A stretch of 58,331 nucleotides of DNA, from assembly GCA_013265495.1 (NCBI GenBank), contig PNXW01002490.1:1-58331 (forward strand). The letters run 5' to 3'. Each line of letters begins with the position of its first letter. Positions within the stretch are counted from its first letter, which is position 1. The translations under genes and the position numbers were made by a program. Source of the stretch: Vicugna vicugna (Eukaryota). A model generated the notes under the pieces. That model worked only from the letters and a program-made list of their open reading frames with translations. It was not told where the DNA came from and ran no database searches. Below are positions 11,810 to 24,120 of the stretch, one piece after another.

Positions 11810-14800
11810 CATTCTTCAAATATAAGAAGAGATAAAATGTCTCCCAGATAAACAAAAACTGGGATAGTTCATCAACTCTAGACCTGACTTACAAGACATG
11901 GTAAAGAGAGTCCTTCAAGTTGAAATGAAAAGATAATAAACAGCAATATGAAAGTGTATTAAAGTGCAAAGCTCATGGTAAGGATAAATAAACAGACAAA
12001 TACAGAATATTGCAACAGTGCAGCAATGGTGATAAAACACAATTCTGGTATAAAAGTTAAAAGACAAAAGTAGAGAAATAACAGTGAAATATATTAATAA
12101 ATATATAACAAAAAGGTGTGACTTGTGATATCTATAATACAGTGTGGAAGAGGGAAGTAAGAGTATAGAGTTTAAGTATGCAATTAAAGTTAAGTTGTTA
12201 CATCAGTTTAAAATAGATGGGTGTAACTACACTTTTTTTTCCTGTAAGTCCCATGGTAACCATAAAGAACATACTTATAGAAGATATACAAATGAAAATT
12301 GGAAAGCAATCAAAGCATACCACTGTCAAAAACAAAAACAAAACACAAAGGAAGGTAGCAAGAGAGGAAAATAGGGACTAAAGAGCTGTAAGATTGACAG
12401 AAAACAACAAAATGGCAGAAGCAAGTCCTTCACCATCAAAATCTACGTTAAGTGTAGAATTAAGCTCCCCAGTGAAGAAATGTAGAGTGACTGAATAAAT
12501 TTAAGAAAAAATAATAAAAACAAGATCCAGTTATATGTTGTCTACAAGGGACTCACTGTAGGTGTAAGGGCACACATATGCTAAAAGTGAAAGGATGGGA
12601 AAAGATATAACATAGTAACGAAAAAAAAGGAGGGCTGGATACACTCATATCAGATTAACAGGCTTGAGTAAAAAAAATGGTCACAAGAGGCAAAGGAAGA
12701 CATTGTATAGTGACAACAGTGTCAATTCACTAGGAAGATATAATAACAATAAATATACATGCACCCAATATTAGAGCAGCTAAATATATAAAGCAAACAT
12801 TGACACAACTGAAAGGAAAAATAGACAGCAACATAATAACAGTAAATATCTTATTTTCAGCAATGAATAGAATATCCAGACAGAAAATGTATACAAAAAC
12901 AGGTAATATTAACAGTAACAGGCATATACAGAACATTCCACCCAACAGTAGCAGATTAAACATTAGTATCAAGTGCACATGGAACACTCTGCAGGATAAG
13001 TCCTGTTAGGTTACAAAATGAGTCTTAACAAATTTTAGAAGATTAAAATCATGCCAAATATTTTTTTCAACCACAATGGAATGAAACTAGAAATCAATTG
13101 CAGAAGGAGCACTGAGAGATCCACGGTTATGTGGAAATGGAACACTACACTCTTGGACAATCAATGGGTCAAAGAAAAAGTCAAAGGGGAAATTAGAAAA
13201 TATCTTTAGACAAATGAAAATGAAAACACAAAATACCAAAACTTACGGGATGCAGCACAAGCAGTACTAACAGGGAAGTTTATAGCAGTAAAGGAAGTGT
13301 CCACATTAGAAAAGAAAGTTCTCAAATAAACAATCTAACTTTACATGCCAAGGAACTAGAATAAGAACAAAGTAAGCCCAAAGTGAGCAGAAGAAAGGAA
13401 ATAATAAAGATTGAAGAAAAATAAACAAAGAATTTAAGAAGCAAAAAAACCCAACAGAACTAGAGTCAGTTCTTGAAAAGATCAATAAAATTGAGAAAAC
13501 TTCATCTAGAATAACAGGAAACTAATAAAGAATAAATAAAATTTAAAAATGAAAGAGGAGACATTACAACTGATGTCACAGAAATAAATATTATAAGAAA
13601 GTAATTTGAATAGTCATATACCAACAAAATAGATAACCTGGAAGAAATGGGTAAATTTCTGGGAACATACTCACCAAGACTAAATCATAAAGAAAGAGAA
13701 CATTTCAACAGAGCTGTATTTAGTAAAGACATTCAATCAGTAACCAAAACATCCCCAAAAATTAGAGCCTATGACTAGATGTTTTTGCTGGAGAATTCTA
13801 CCAAACACTTAAAGAAAAATTAATACCAATTCTTTTCAAATGCTTCTAAAGATTGAAGGAAATTTATTGAAATTTATTTTATGAGGAAAAAATTACCCTT
13901 ATTCAAAAACCACCCAAAGACACTATGGGGAAAGAAAACCTCAGGCCAATATCCCTTGTGAATATAGAAGCAAAATCTTCATCAAAATATTAGGAAACTG
14001 AATTCAGGAGCACAGTAAAAGGATTATAAAAATGATCAGTTGTAATTTCAGCCTGTAGAGCAAGAATGGTTCAGCATATAAAGATCATCAATGAGACATA
14101 CCATATCACCAGGATAAGAAGGATAAAAAATCACATGATCATCTCAAGCAACATAGAAAAACCATTTGACAAAATGTAACACCCATGTATTGTAAAAAAA
14201 AATTACACAAACTAGAAATAGATGGAAATTACCTCAACATAATAAAGGCCCTATGTGAAAAGTACACAGCTGGCAACATATTCAATAGGGAAAACCTTAA
14301 AAGCTTTCCCTTCAAGATCAGGAACAAGGCAAGGACACCCACTCTTACCACTTCTATTCAGCAGAGTATTGAAGTCCTAGTGGGAGCAATTAGGCAAGAA
14401 AAATAAATAAAAGAAGTAAATGGTTTCTACAGCAGAGAAGATATAAAATTATCCATTTTCAGATGACATGATCTTTTATGTAGAATACCCTAAAGCTTCC
14501 ATAAAAACTGGTTAGAACTGATGAATGAATTCAACAAAGTTGCTGGACAAAGAGCCAATGTATAAAAAAACAATTGCATATCTATATATTAACAACAAAC
14601 AATCTGAAAAGGATGTTTTTAAAAATCCCATTTATAATAGCATTTAACAAATACACAGGAATAAACTTAACCAAGGAGGTGGAAGACTTGTATAATGAAA
14701 ACTGCAAAATATTACTGAAAACAATGAAAGGAAACACAACTAAATGGAAAGACATTTTGTGTTCATGGATTAGAAAACTTAATATTACAAAAAATGTCCA

Positions 14801-16340
14801 TGCTACACAAAACAATATACAGATACAATGCAATCCTTATTAAAATCCCAGTGGCATTTTTTACAGATATAGAAAAAACAATTCTCAAATTCATATGAAA
14901 GCATAAATGGCCCAAATAGCTAAAACAATTTTTTGAAAGATGAACAAAGCTGGAAGCCATACATTTCCCAACATCAAAACATATTACAGAGCTAAAGTAA
15001 TCAAAATAGTATGCTACTGGGTTAAAGACAGACATATAGACCAATGGTACAGACTAAAGAGCCTGGGGGGAGGGGGGACATGCATATACAATCAAATGAT
15101 GTTCAACAAAATGCCAAGAATGGAAAAGATAGTCTCTTCAACAATTGGTGTTGGAAAAACTGGACATCCACATGCAAAAGAATTAAATTAGATTCTTATC
15201 TTACACCATACACAGAAATCAATTCAAAATGAATTAAAGATTTAAATGTTAAAACTTTAAACTTCCTTGAATAAAACAGGGGAAAATTTTCATGACCTTG
15301 GTCTTGATAATGATTTCTCGGATCTGATACCAAAAGTACAGGCAACTAAATCAAAGATAACAAGTGGGACCATAAATTAAAAAGCTTCCATACAGCAAGG
15401 AAAACAATCAATGAAGTGAAAAGGCAATCTATGGAATGGGAGAAGATATTTACAAACCATATATCTGATAAGGGGTTAATATCCAAATATGTAAGGAGTT
15501 CCTATAACTCAAACATTTAAAAAAATCCCGAATAACCAAATTAAAAAATGAACAAAAGGCTTGAATAGACATTTCTCCAAAGAAGACACATAAATAGCCA
15601 GTAGATTTATGAAAAGATGCTCAACGTCGCTAAACATCAGGGAAATGCAAATCAAAGACACAATGAGACTTCACCTCACACCTGTTAGGATGGCCATTAT
15701 AAAAAACAAAAACAAAAACACAAAAAATCCAAAATAACAGGTGTTGACAAGAAGTTGGAGAAATTGGAATCCTTGTACCCTGTTGACTGCTGTAGAAAAC
15801 AATATCATTTTCCTCCAAAACTAAAAATGCAGCTACTATATAATCCAGCAATCCCACTTCTGCATGTTTATCCAAAAGAATAGAAAACAGGGTCTCAAAG
15901 AGATATTTTCCCTTCTGTGTTTACTGGAACAGTATGCATTTGGTCATGAGGTAGAAACAACCTAAATGACAGATGAATGGATAACATGGTATAGACATGC
16001 AATGGAATAATATTCATCCTTGAAAAAGAAGGAAATCTTATGTGAATGAACTTTGAGGACGTTAAATAAAACAAGCCTGTCACAGAAGGACAAATATCCC
16101 TGATTCTACTTACACGGCCTATATAAAGTAGTCACACTCAGAAGTAGAAGGTAGGATGGTGGTTGTCAGGGCTAGGGGCAAGGAGTTGCTCTTTAACGGA
16201 TATAAATTCTCAGTCATGTGAGATGGAAAATTTCTAGAAAAATCTGTACAGCATGGCACCTATAGTAAACAATATTCTACATTTTAAAATTTGTTAAGAG
16301 AGCAGATCTGTTGTTATGTTTTTCACAATAAAAAAAATAA
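11810..16340 (+). mobile_element. Old L1 (L1MA/L1MB type): ORF1 C-terminus, spacer, degenerate ORF2, 3'UTR and A-tail
   Basis: ORF1 end (cccagataaacaaaaactg...agacctgacttacaaga); ORF2 start near 12412; endonuclease-region peptide (12800-13009); RT core tcagatgacatgatc (xDDMI) near 14459; many stops and frameshifts; A-tail at 16330-16340. Confidence 0.95.
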
Positions 16341-16380
16341 GAATTGAGGACAGTAAGTGAAAATGGTTAGTGTCCTTTTC

Positions 16381-17290
16381 TTTTTTTCAACATTTTTTAA
16401 ATTGAGTTATAGTCATTTTACAATGTTGTGTCAAATTCCAGTTTAGAGCACAATTTTTCAGTTATACATGAACATACATATATTCATTGTCACATTCTCT
16501 TTTGCTGTGAGCCACCACAAGATCCTATATATATTTCCCTGTGCTATACAGTACAATCTTGTTTATCTATTCTACATTTTGAACTCCCAGTCTGTCCCTT
16601 CCCACCCCCTATCCCCCTGACAACCACAAGTTTGTACTCTATGTCTATGAGTCTGTTTCTGTTTTGTATTTATGTTTTTTTTTTAGATTCCTCATATGAG
16701 CAATCTCATATGGTATTTTTCTTTCTCTTTTTGGCTTACTTCACTTAGAATGACATTCTCCAGGAACATCCATGTTGCTGCAAATGGCGTTATGTTGTTG
16801 GTTTCTATGGCTGAATAATATTCCATTGTATAAATATACCACTTCTTCTTTATCCAGTCATCTGTTGATGGACATTTAAGCTGTTTCCATGTCTTGGCTG
16901 TTGTAAATGCTGCTGCTATGAACATTGGGGTGCAGGTGTCATTTTGAAGTAGGGTTCTTTCTGGATATATGCCCAGGAGCGGGATTCCTGGGTCATATGG
17001 TAAGTCTATTCCTAGTCTTTTGAGGAATCTCCATAATGTTTTCCACAGTGGCTGCACCAAACTGCATTCCCAACAGCGGTGTAGGAGGGTTCCCTTTTCT
17101 CCACAGCCTCTCCAGCATCTGTCACTTGTGGACTTTTGAATGATGGCCATTCTGACTGGTGTGAGGTGATGCCTCATCATAGTTTTGATTTGCATTTCTC
17201 TGATAATTAGTGATATTGAGCATTTTTTCATGTGCCTATTCATCATTTGTACTTCTTCCTTGGAGAATTGCTTGTTTAGGTCTTCTGCCC
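16381..17290 (-). mobile_element. Young 5'-truncated L1 with perfect 16-bp TSD
   Basis: TSD ggttagtgtccttttc at 16365-16380 and 17291-17306; uninterrupted ORF2 C-terminus ([13 protein letters not shown]...[13 protein letters not shown]...YTMEYYSAI) within ORF 16692-17375. Confidence 0.97.
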
Positions 17291-18399
17291 GGTTAGTGTC
17301 CTTTTCATATTTGATTCTGACTTCTCTTTTCCAGGCAAGCAAAATTTTCCTCTTAGGACTCAACATGTCTCCCACATGATGCTGGCTGATTGAGTCTAAA
17401 TGCCACTCTGTGACTGTTTACACTTGGATAATCAGCAATGTGTAACTGCACTGCATGTGACAATATAAAATGATTTTTCTGCTTCTATAAACCCATTAGT
17501 CACACTCTAGGACTTCAGTTACTCTTAGTATTGAATTAACACAGCTATAAAAATGACAAAGTTAAGATCCTCCGATCATCTTAAGATGGAAGTAAATTCA
17601 TGATGAGCCAAACATCAGTTGGACGTCTATGGGTTTCATATTCTGGTGACATCATATGATAATAATGGGTGTTTTATTCTCTAGTTTAAATTTAATCAGG
17701 CTTGCAACTTGGGTGGTAAAATTGAGCACAAATAGATACCCACAGTTTCATGGAACATTTAAGAACAATTCATCTTGTTTAGAAAATAATAAGGCAGCAT
17801 GGAAATGTGTACCAGCTTGATTCAGCCTTAACTTTAAAAATGAAAATCCTAGTAAGTCAGCAATTTAATGTTCTTCCCTAGGGAAACAGGCGACCCATAT
17901 TCCCTCACATTCCAAAGATGAGGAGGAGGACAATCTCACTAGCTGACAGCAGTAATCATCTTTGTCTCCAGGAATCACCTCTTGGATGAGAAGATGGTTC
18001 TCTGTAGGACAAACACAAAATATTTTTGAAGAAAGGAAAGGAGTATGAACATTGATACTATTATTTGGTTCTAAAAATAGACCTTGAGTTTATCTGTAGC
18101 TATTCTTAGAATAGACCTAGCAACTCATGAATAGATTTCCTTTTTTGTAATCTTACAAGAAGGGTAGGAAGGAGAAGGAGGGGAGGATAGAAGTGGAATG
18201 AAATTTTTTAATACAAAATTGAAATCAAGGCAAGTTAACTTCGGTTGCAAAATGAAAAAAACTATAATGCAAAAGACTATTGCTATTTTGAACTGCGTGA
18301 TGGAGCATTAATGAGGTGATTAGAAAAACAAACACAACAAAATTAGACTCCCAGGGAGTGCTCAGCCGTTGGGGAAAATGGCACCCAATGAGAAAAGAA

Positions 18400-18564
18400 G
18401 ACTAGGTCTGAGTTCAAAGGCTTTCCTGCACAAGCTGTGTGACCTTCAATGTATGACTTAACTTTTCTAAATCTGAGTTTCTTTTCATCCATAAAATAGC
18501 ATAATAATTGTATAGACTCATTAGGTTACAGTGATCATGAAATGAGATAAAGCATTTAAAGCAC
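18400..18564 (+). mobile_element. MIR SINE
   Basis: agctgtgtgacctt...cttaacttttctaaatctgagtttcttttcatccataaaat...aaatgagataa...taaagcac. Confidence 0.8.
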
Positions 18565-19297
18565 AGATGAGAGCTGCGATAAACCCGCACTCTTATGGTA
18601 TGAGTACCTTCATGGTATCCTAGGGCTCAAAGTAAAAAATGGCAATTCATATAGAATACTTGCCCTTCCTGTCCACAGTCTAATTAGTTATATCAATGAG
18701 ATTATTTATGTATCTACTCCCTGTACAAGATTAGGTATTTATTATTGCAATTTTGTAGAAGTTAAATAAGTTTTTAAATACAATAGCAGAGACTGTGGGA
18801 AGAGTTGGGTAGTTAAACCTTCAGATACAATGCTCTTGTGAACACGTAGGCACCTGATTCCAGAACACGGTGAGGCCAACACATTCCTCAGGGAATCACT
18901 AGGCTGCAGCATTTGGACAAAGGTGGCTGTGAGAAAGGACTTTCCTCTTCTCAGAGAAGCCATTCCGCCTCGTCTTCCTTTGGATTCACAATGACACTCC
19001 CTGAAACATGGCAGGTCCTCCTCGAGACCCAGTCCATTTTCCTGACCATAGACCAAGGCAGACAAGCCTGGAGCTGGGTTAGACCTGCAGGTTAGCTACG
19101 CTGCCCTCCTTCCTCCTCCCTCTCTGGGCTGCTTCTCCTATTGGAAGCAAACTCACATGCAGAAATGCTACTTTGCTTCCTGTTTCACAAACAAACAATT
19201 CTAAATTCTTAGATTTGTCTGTTTCTCATCTGTCCTACACCAGGATGTATCAACCCCCATCCTGCTTTCTATAGAAATAAATCCCTGTGAGATACTC

Positions 19298-19760
19298 CAT
19301 TCAATGAAAAGATGTTTAATGAGTGCCTGCCTTGAGTTCACACTTTGCATTAGATGCTGCAGATGATGTGGTCAGACCCCATCTGGGTCTAGGCAATAAG
19401 ACTTTACAGCATCGTGGGTGAGTGATTACAGCCAATGGAATAATGGACAATATGGGGTCTATGGGGTCACTGAGGAGCAGAGCCCAAGCTAAATTTAGGA
19501 ATAAAGAGGCGTCACTGAAATATTCAGGGAGCAGTTTCCGAGCCAGTGTTTGGAGAATGGGCCACAGTGGCGGGTGTGTGCTTTAGGACACTGGTGTCTG
19601 TGCTAGAGACATTACCAAGCCAAGGACGTAGTGAGCGTGAAGTCCCAGAGGGAGAGGACTTGGTGTGCTCAGCAAACCAGAGGTACTAGTACAGCTGGAG
19701 CAGAGGAGGGCAGAGAGGAAGGGCTAATACAGGCATGAGACCGCTCAAGACAAGAGTCTG
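19298..19760 (-). mobile_element. L2 3' fragment
   Basis: cattcaatgaaaagatgtttaatgagtgcct L2 tail motif followed by a purine-rich body. Confidence 0.6.
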
Positions 19761-21308
19761 ACCACGGGGGGCCTGGCGCACATGTCACAGGTTGGGATTT
19801 CCTCTTGCAGACAAGAGGGATGTGCTTTGTGAGACTCGTGCTGGAGCGAAATGATCAGGCATGTGTTTTAAAACCTTCTGGCAGCAGACTGAAGAAAGGC
19901 TCTCTCGTGGGTGCCACAGGAAGGGTGCAAAGTGGGGAAGGAAGGATGCAACTGAGGCAGGAAGATGAGCAAGGGGGAGATAATGGTCATTCAGCGAAAA
20001 TAGTGCCCAGAGCCAGGGCAGGGCCTGGGCCATGAGGGGAATAGGCCCCCTGTGAGGGAGGGAAAGAGCCCACTGGAACTGGGAATTACTGGGTCTGGTT
20101 GACTGGGAGAGAGGGACCTTACTTTCTAGCATGAGCTGGACATACCACAGTGCTTTATGGGGAGAAAATTTCTTAGCATTCAATCCCTGCTTTTCTCATT
20201 CTGAAAAGTTTGTCAACACGGGCAGATGTCTTTGAAAGTTCAAGTTTGTCTTGACGTTTTTGCTTTAGCTCAGTTACAGCCCCTAAATGTTTACTGAGTG
20301 CTTACCTGGAAGGTAGGTAAAGGCAGGATAACTGAGATCCTTTTTGGGGGAAGTAGTGACACGTAAGTCAGTGGGATGAGAGCCACAGGTGAGACGTGTG
20401 TGGAATCAGAGATGGGCACGTGAAGGTGTCAGGAGGACAGCTGGCCCCAGCATCTCAAGCAACTACCACTTAAGTGTTAGACACATCACCTGGAACAGAA
20501 CTTGGACTTGCCCCCAACTCCGTCTCCATCTCTCCACCAGCAGCTCCACTTGTTCTGTTCTTGCTTCCTTCTGTGCATCTGAGCTGCTGTCCTCTCATCT
20601 TCAAATCAGCTTTTTCTCCTTTCTGCTTCTTCAGAAATTTGCCTTCTCATAGCCCAGCCATGTCCTTCTCACCTTCTTCTGACAGGATGGTCCAGTTGAG
20701 CTAAAGAAGCTTTGCTACTGACCTCACCTCTCCATATTTCTTATGTTTCAAATTGTCAACAAGAATCTGATGGTCTCACCAAAAACTCTGTCCATGGGGA
20801 ACGTCAAAGATCCTTGCAGACTCTATGCTTTTGCTGCCCGTGGGTCTTCCGCCCACTTCTAGTCTAATTATATGACTGGGTTAAAAAAGCCCATTATGGC
20901 CATGTGGTCCAGAACTTGATGGCAGGGTACTTGGAACTGTTTGTGGGAGATGGAGATGGGGTTGTGTGAGCAGCAGGCTTCCTCGAGGGCACTTCATTCA
21001 GTGTCTGACATGGAGAATTGCAGCATCGACTTGGGATGCCCGATGTAAAGGGTGCATGTGTTGGGTATCTGTGGAGGAGAGGAAGTTGGCAGAGTGAAAA
21101 GTGTCTTCTGAGCAGAGTGGCTGACATCTGGGTTCATTCTTGAACCAAAAGAAAGAAGCAGAGTAGGGAAGAAAGGATGTAGTCTTGTGAGTGGCAATTT
21201 CAATTGCAGAGACATGAGGGTCTGAGAAGCCAGGCACCATCAAAGAAACATCCAATCAGAATAGCTGCTGGGCTTTCATTTCCATCAGGTGAGAATGTGT
21301 GAATGGTT

Positions 21309-21826
21309 TGAGACAGGAGCAAAGGGGGCAGGGCACAATCATTAAAAGAATGACACAGCCATTAGTGCAATATGGCAGAAGGTTCAACTCCCAGTGGAAC
21401 TTGAACTTCAGTATCCACTCACTGAAAGGCAAGAGCTGCTAAATGGTCCTCCCACAGGTTCCAGGACAGCTCTAAGGGTGACCATCAAAGGTCAAAAGGT
21501 GGGTGATGGCTCAGTTCCTGGGCATCCCAGCCTCTTCCCCAAAGTAGTTGGAATAATCCTTCCACTTGTCAGCATATGAAGTTACCCAGCCCATAAAAAC
21601 TAACAGCCCCACACCTCGTGGCCTTTCTCTTGCCTTCTGAGATGGCCCGCACTCTTTCTATGAAGTGTACATCTCTCTGAATAAATCTACTTTTACTCCA
21701 CTGTGGCTCACTCTTGAATTCTTTCCTGCATGTAGTCAAGGAACTTCACTTGACACAGCACATCCCAGGGACTTGTGGTCCCCTGGGACATGGCCATCCT
21801 CTCCTGCCCCATTTTCTCCTGCATCA
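21309..21826 (+). mobile_element. Solo LTR, ERV1 class
   Basis: TG...CA termini; 4-bp TSD ggtt at 21305-21308 and 21827-21830; TATA-like cataaaa at 21592; AATAAA at 21680; ctcttgaattctttcctg motif typical of ERV1 LTRs. Confidence 0.88.
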
Positions 21827-21983
21827 GGTTGACTGGAGCAGTGTTTTCCAAACAGGGATCTGCAACCCTGCAGGGAGGGGATGCATTGCTGCAATGGAAC
21901 CACGGAGACCAGTTAAGTTAGAACCTCCTTTTCTTTGTGTTCACATGAACAGGAAACAGAAGACAGAGCATTTTCCTACTGTT

Positions 21984-22366
21984 TGCGTTTAGTTTCTAGG
22001 GCCACCACAACTGAGTACAACCAGCAAGGAGGCTTAAAACAACAGAAATTCATTCTCACAGATCTGAAGGTCAGAAGTTAAAGTGTTGGCAAGGTTGTTT
22101 CCTCCCAGAGGCTGTAGGGAGCCTGCTCCAGGCTGTTCTCCTGGCTTCTGGAATTGCCTGCAAGGCTTGGAGTCTCTTGAGCTGTAGCTGTCAGTCCCAC
22201 ATTGGCCTCCATCTCCACGTGGTCATCTTACGAGTCTCCAGATATGACATTTTTGCACTGCTCTAATGCAATATGATGTCTTAAACTGATTACATAGACA
22301 AAGACCCTAATTCCAAATAAAGTCACATCAACATGGCTTCCTGGGGAAACAAATCAACCTATGACC
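21984..22366 (-). mobile_element. MaLR (MLT1-type) LTR
   Basis: ggcttaaaacaacagaaattcattctcacag, ccaaataaagtcacat hallmark motifs. Confidence 0.85.
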
Positions 22367-23519
22367 AGCACTACTTCTCATGTAAGAATCAGTGACTCTC
22401 CAGGGGTGACTCAGTGGTCACAGGGGATCTGTGAAGACTCCCAAGTTGCTTTCCAGTGAAAGAAAACTAGAAAAGATAGAAACTGCATTTCATTGATTGC
22501 CTTTTTTGCTATTTTTGAATTCCTGTTGATGACTTCTGGCTTTCAGACATGATTTTACTGGATGACTGCTACAGTACTTAAAGTAGCAAGCTGGTCTGAT
22601 GAGGTGTCTTCTGCAGATGACCATGTTTGTTTGAAACTGGCTCCACCATCCAGGTCGTTCACATGAGCAGCAAGAATGATGCCCTGAGAACAGCATAATT
22701 GCACTGTGTCCAGTGCAAGGAGACATGGTAAACACAGAATGTGGGAGAATGTTCCAGCGACATCTTTCCCTGGAACTTGCAGCCTCGGGTGTAACTGGTG
22801 CCAGCAAGGCTGCAGGTGGAGGACAAAGCACACTATACAGGGAGGGGCCACTCAAGTCTAAGAATCCAGGAATGTTCTCCAGTGAATACAAAGACACTCC
22901 AAGAAAAGGAAGTTTGAGATGCACAGTCACAGGGTCATAGGACTCATAGCCCTTTTTGGTGGTTTCTATCAAATACTCTCTTAGCATGGAATCAGAGGAT
23001 TAGGTGGGAGCCTGGGGCACAGCCCTGTTTGAATTTCCAGGAAGTCTCCACCATCTGAGAGTGGATGTGTAGCATTAAAGGGTTTCCCTCTGTGGGCTGC
23101 TCACTGAGCAGGCCCTAGGATAAACACCAAATTAGATAACAGTAATCCTTGTTGACATGCAAGGCGTGTCAATCTTACACCTGGCCCTCAGGAACACGGC
23201 ATAAATTCTCATATCTCAGAAGGGGCTTAATCTGTCTTCCCAGTTCATAAAGATGTTTGTAGTAGATATTGTGGCTCTTGGAAAAGCATTTGCCTCAAAA
23301 ACTCAAGCAACCAGCTGCTGTTAGAAAATGCTCCCCCGGTTAGAAGAGATAAGGGCATTTCATTTCTAAACACAATTTTATGTAAAATAGTCTTGTAATA
23401 ACCATCCAAATAAGGTTTTTATTGACTCATCCTTAACCTCCTTAACAGCATGATAATTCTGTTGATGATTCTGTAGTAGGACATATGAGCCTAATTCTGG
23501 AAAGAAAAATGGGGGCAGT

Positions 23520-23705
23520 GAGAAGCTTCTCACATCCAACTCCATCTGTGACGTTCTCGTCTGAACGTTCAGTAGCCTTTGCAAACTTAAATCTTCTGGC
23601 AGTTAAAAAGTTTCTGACAAGTTGGCTCCTTCCATAATTTTGCAAATTCATTCTTCCATCTTCTCAGACTATAAACCTTGGAGCTGTCCCTGACGCTTCT
23701 CTTTC
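23520..23705 (+). mobile_element. L2 fragment
   Basis: catccaact..., ttcttccatcttctcagactataaaccttggag resembles the L2 ORF2 region. Confidence 0.55.
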
Positions 23706-23792
23706 TAGAGATGAAAACATATGTAATTCCTTCCTGCTATGAATTTTTCCTTTTGTTTTTGGAAGTGGAAGGAGAATCCAGCATAAGTTATT

Positions 23793-24120
23793 CCTTTTTT
23801 TTTTCCAAAATTGAAGTCTAGTCGGTTTATAATGTTGTGTTAGTTGCTGGTGTACAGCGCAGTGATTCAGTATCCATACATATATATTCGTTTTCATATT
23901 CTTTTTCATTATAGCTTATTACAAGGTACTGAATGTAGCTCCCTGTACTATACAGTAGGTCCTTGTTGTTTATCTGTTTTATATACGGTAGTGTGTGTAT
24001 GTTAATCTCAAACTCCTAATTTATTCCTCCCCTATCCCTTTCCTCTTCATTAACCATAAGCTTCTTTATGTCTGTGAGTCTATTTCTGGTTTATAAATAA
24101 GTTCATTTGTGTCATTTTAT
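23793..24120 (-). mobile_element. L1 3' end (cetartiodactyl type), left part of an interrupted element
   Basis: T-tract, then ttgaagtctagtcggtttataatgttgtgttag...ataagttcatttgtgtcatttt; resumes at about 25850. Confidence 0.9.

Noticed and set aside
16692..17375. Longest ORF (227 aa) as a host gene
   Set aside because: It is the L1 ORF2 C-terminus plus incidental flank read-through, bounded by a TSD
22490..23651. Cluster of minus-strand ORFs (165, 98, 68 and 69 aa) as a processed pseudogene or novel gene
   Set aside because: No recognisable protein family, stops between the ORFs, and part of the region is L2-derived; a tblastx search would be the final test
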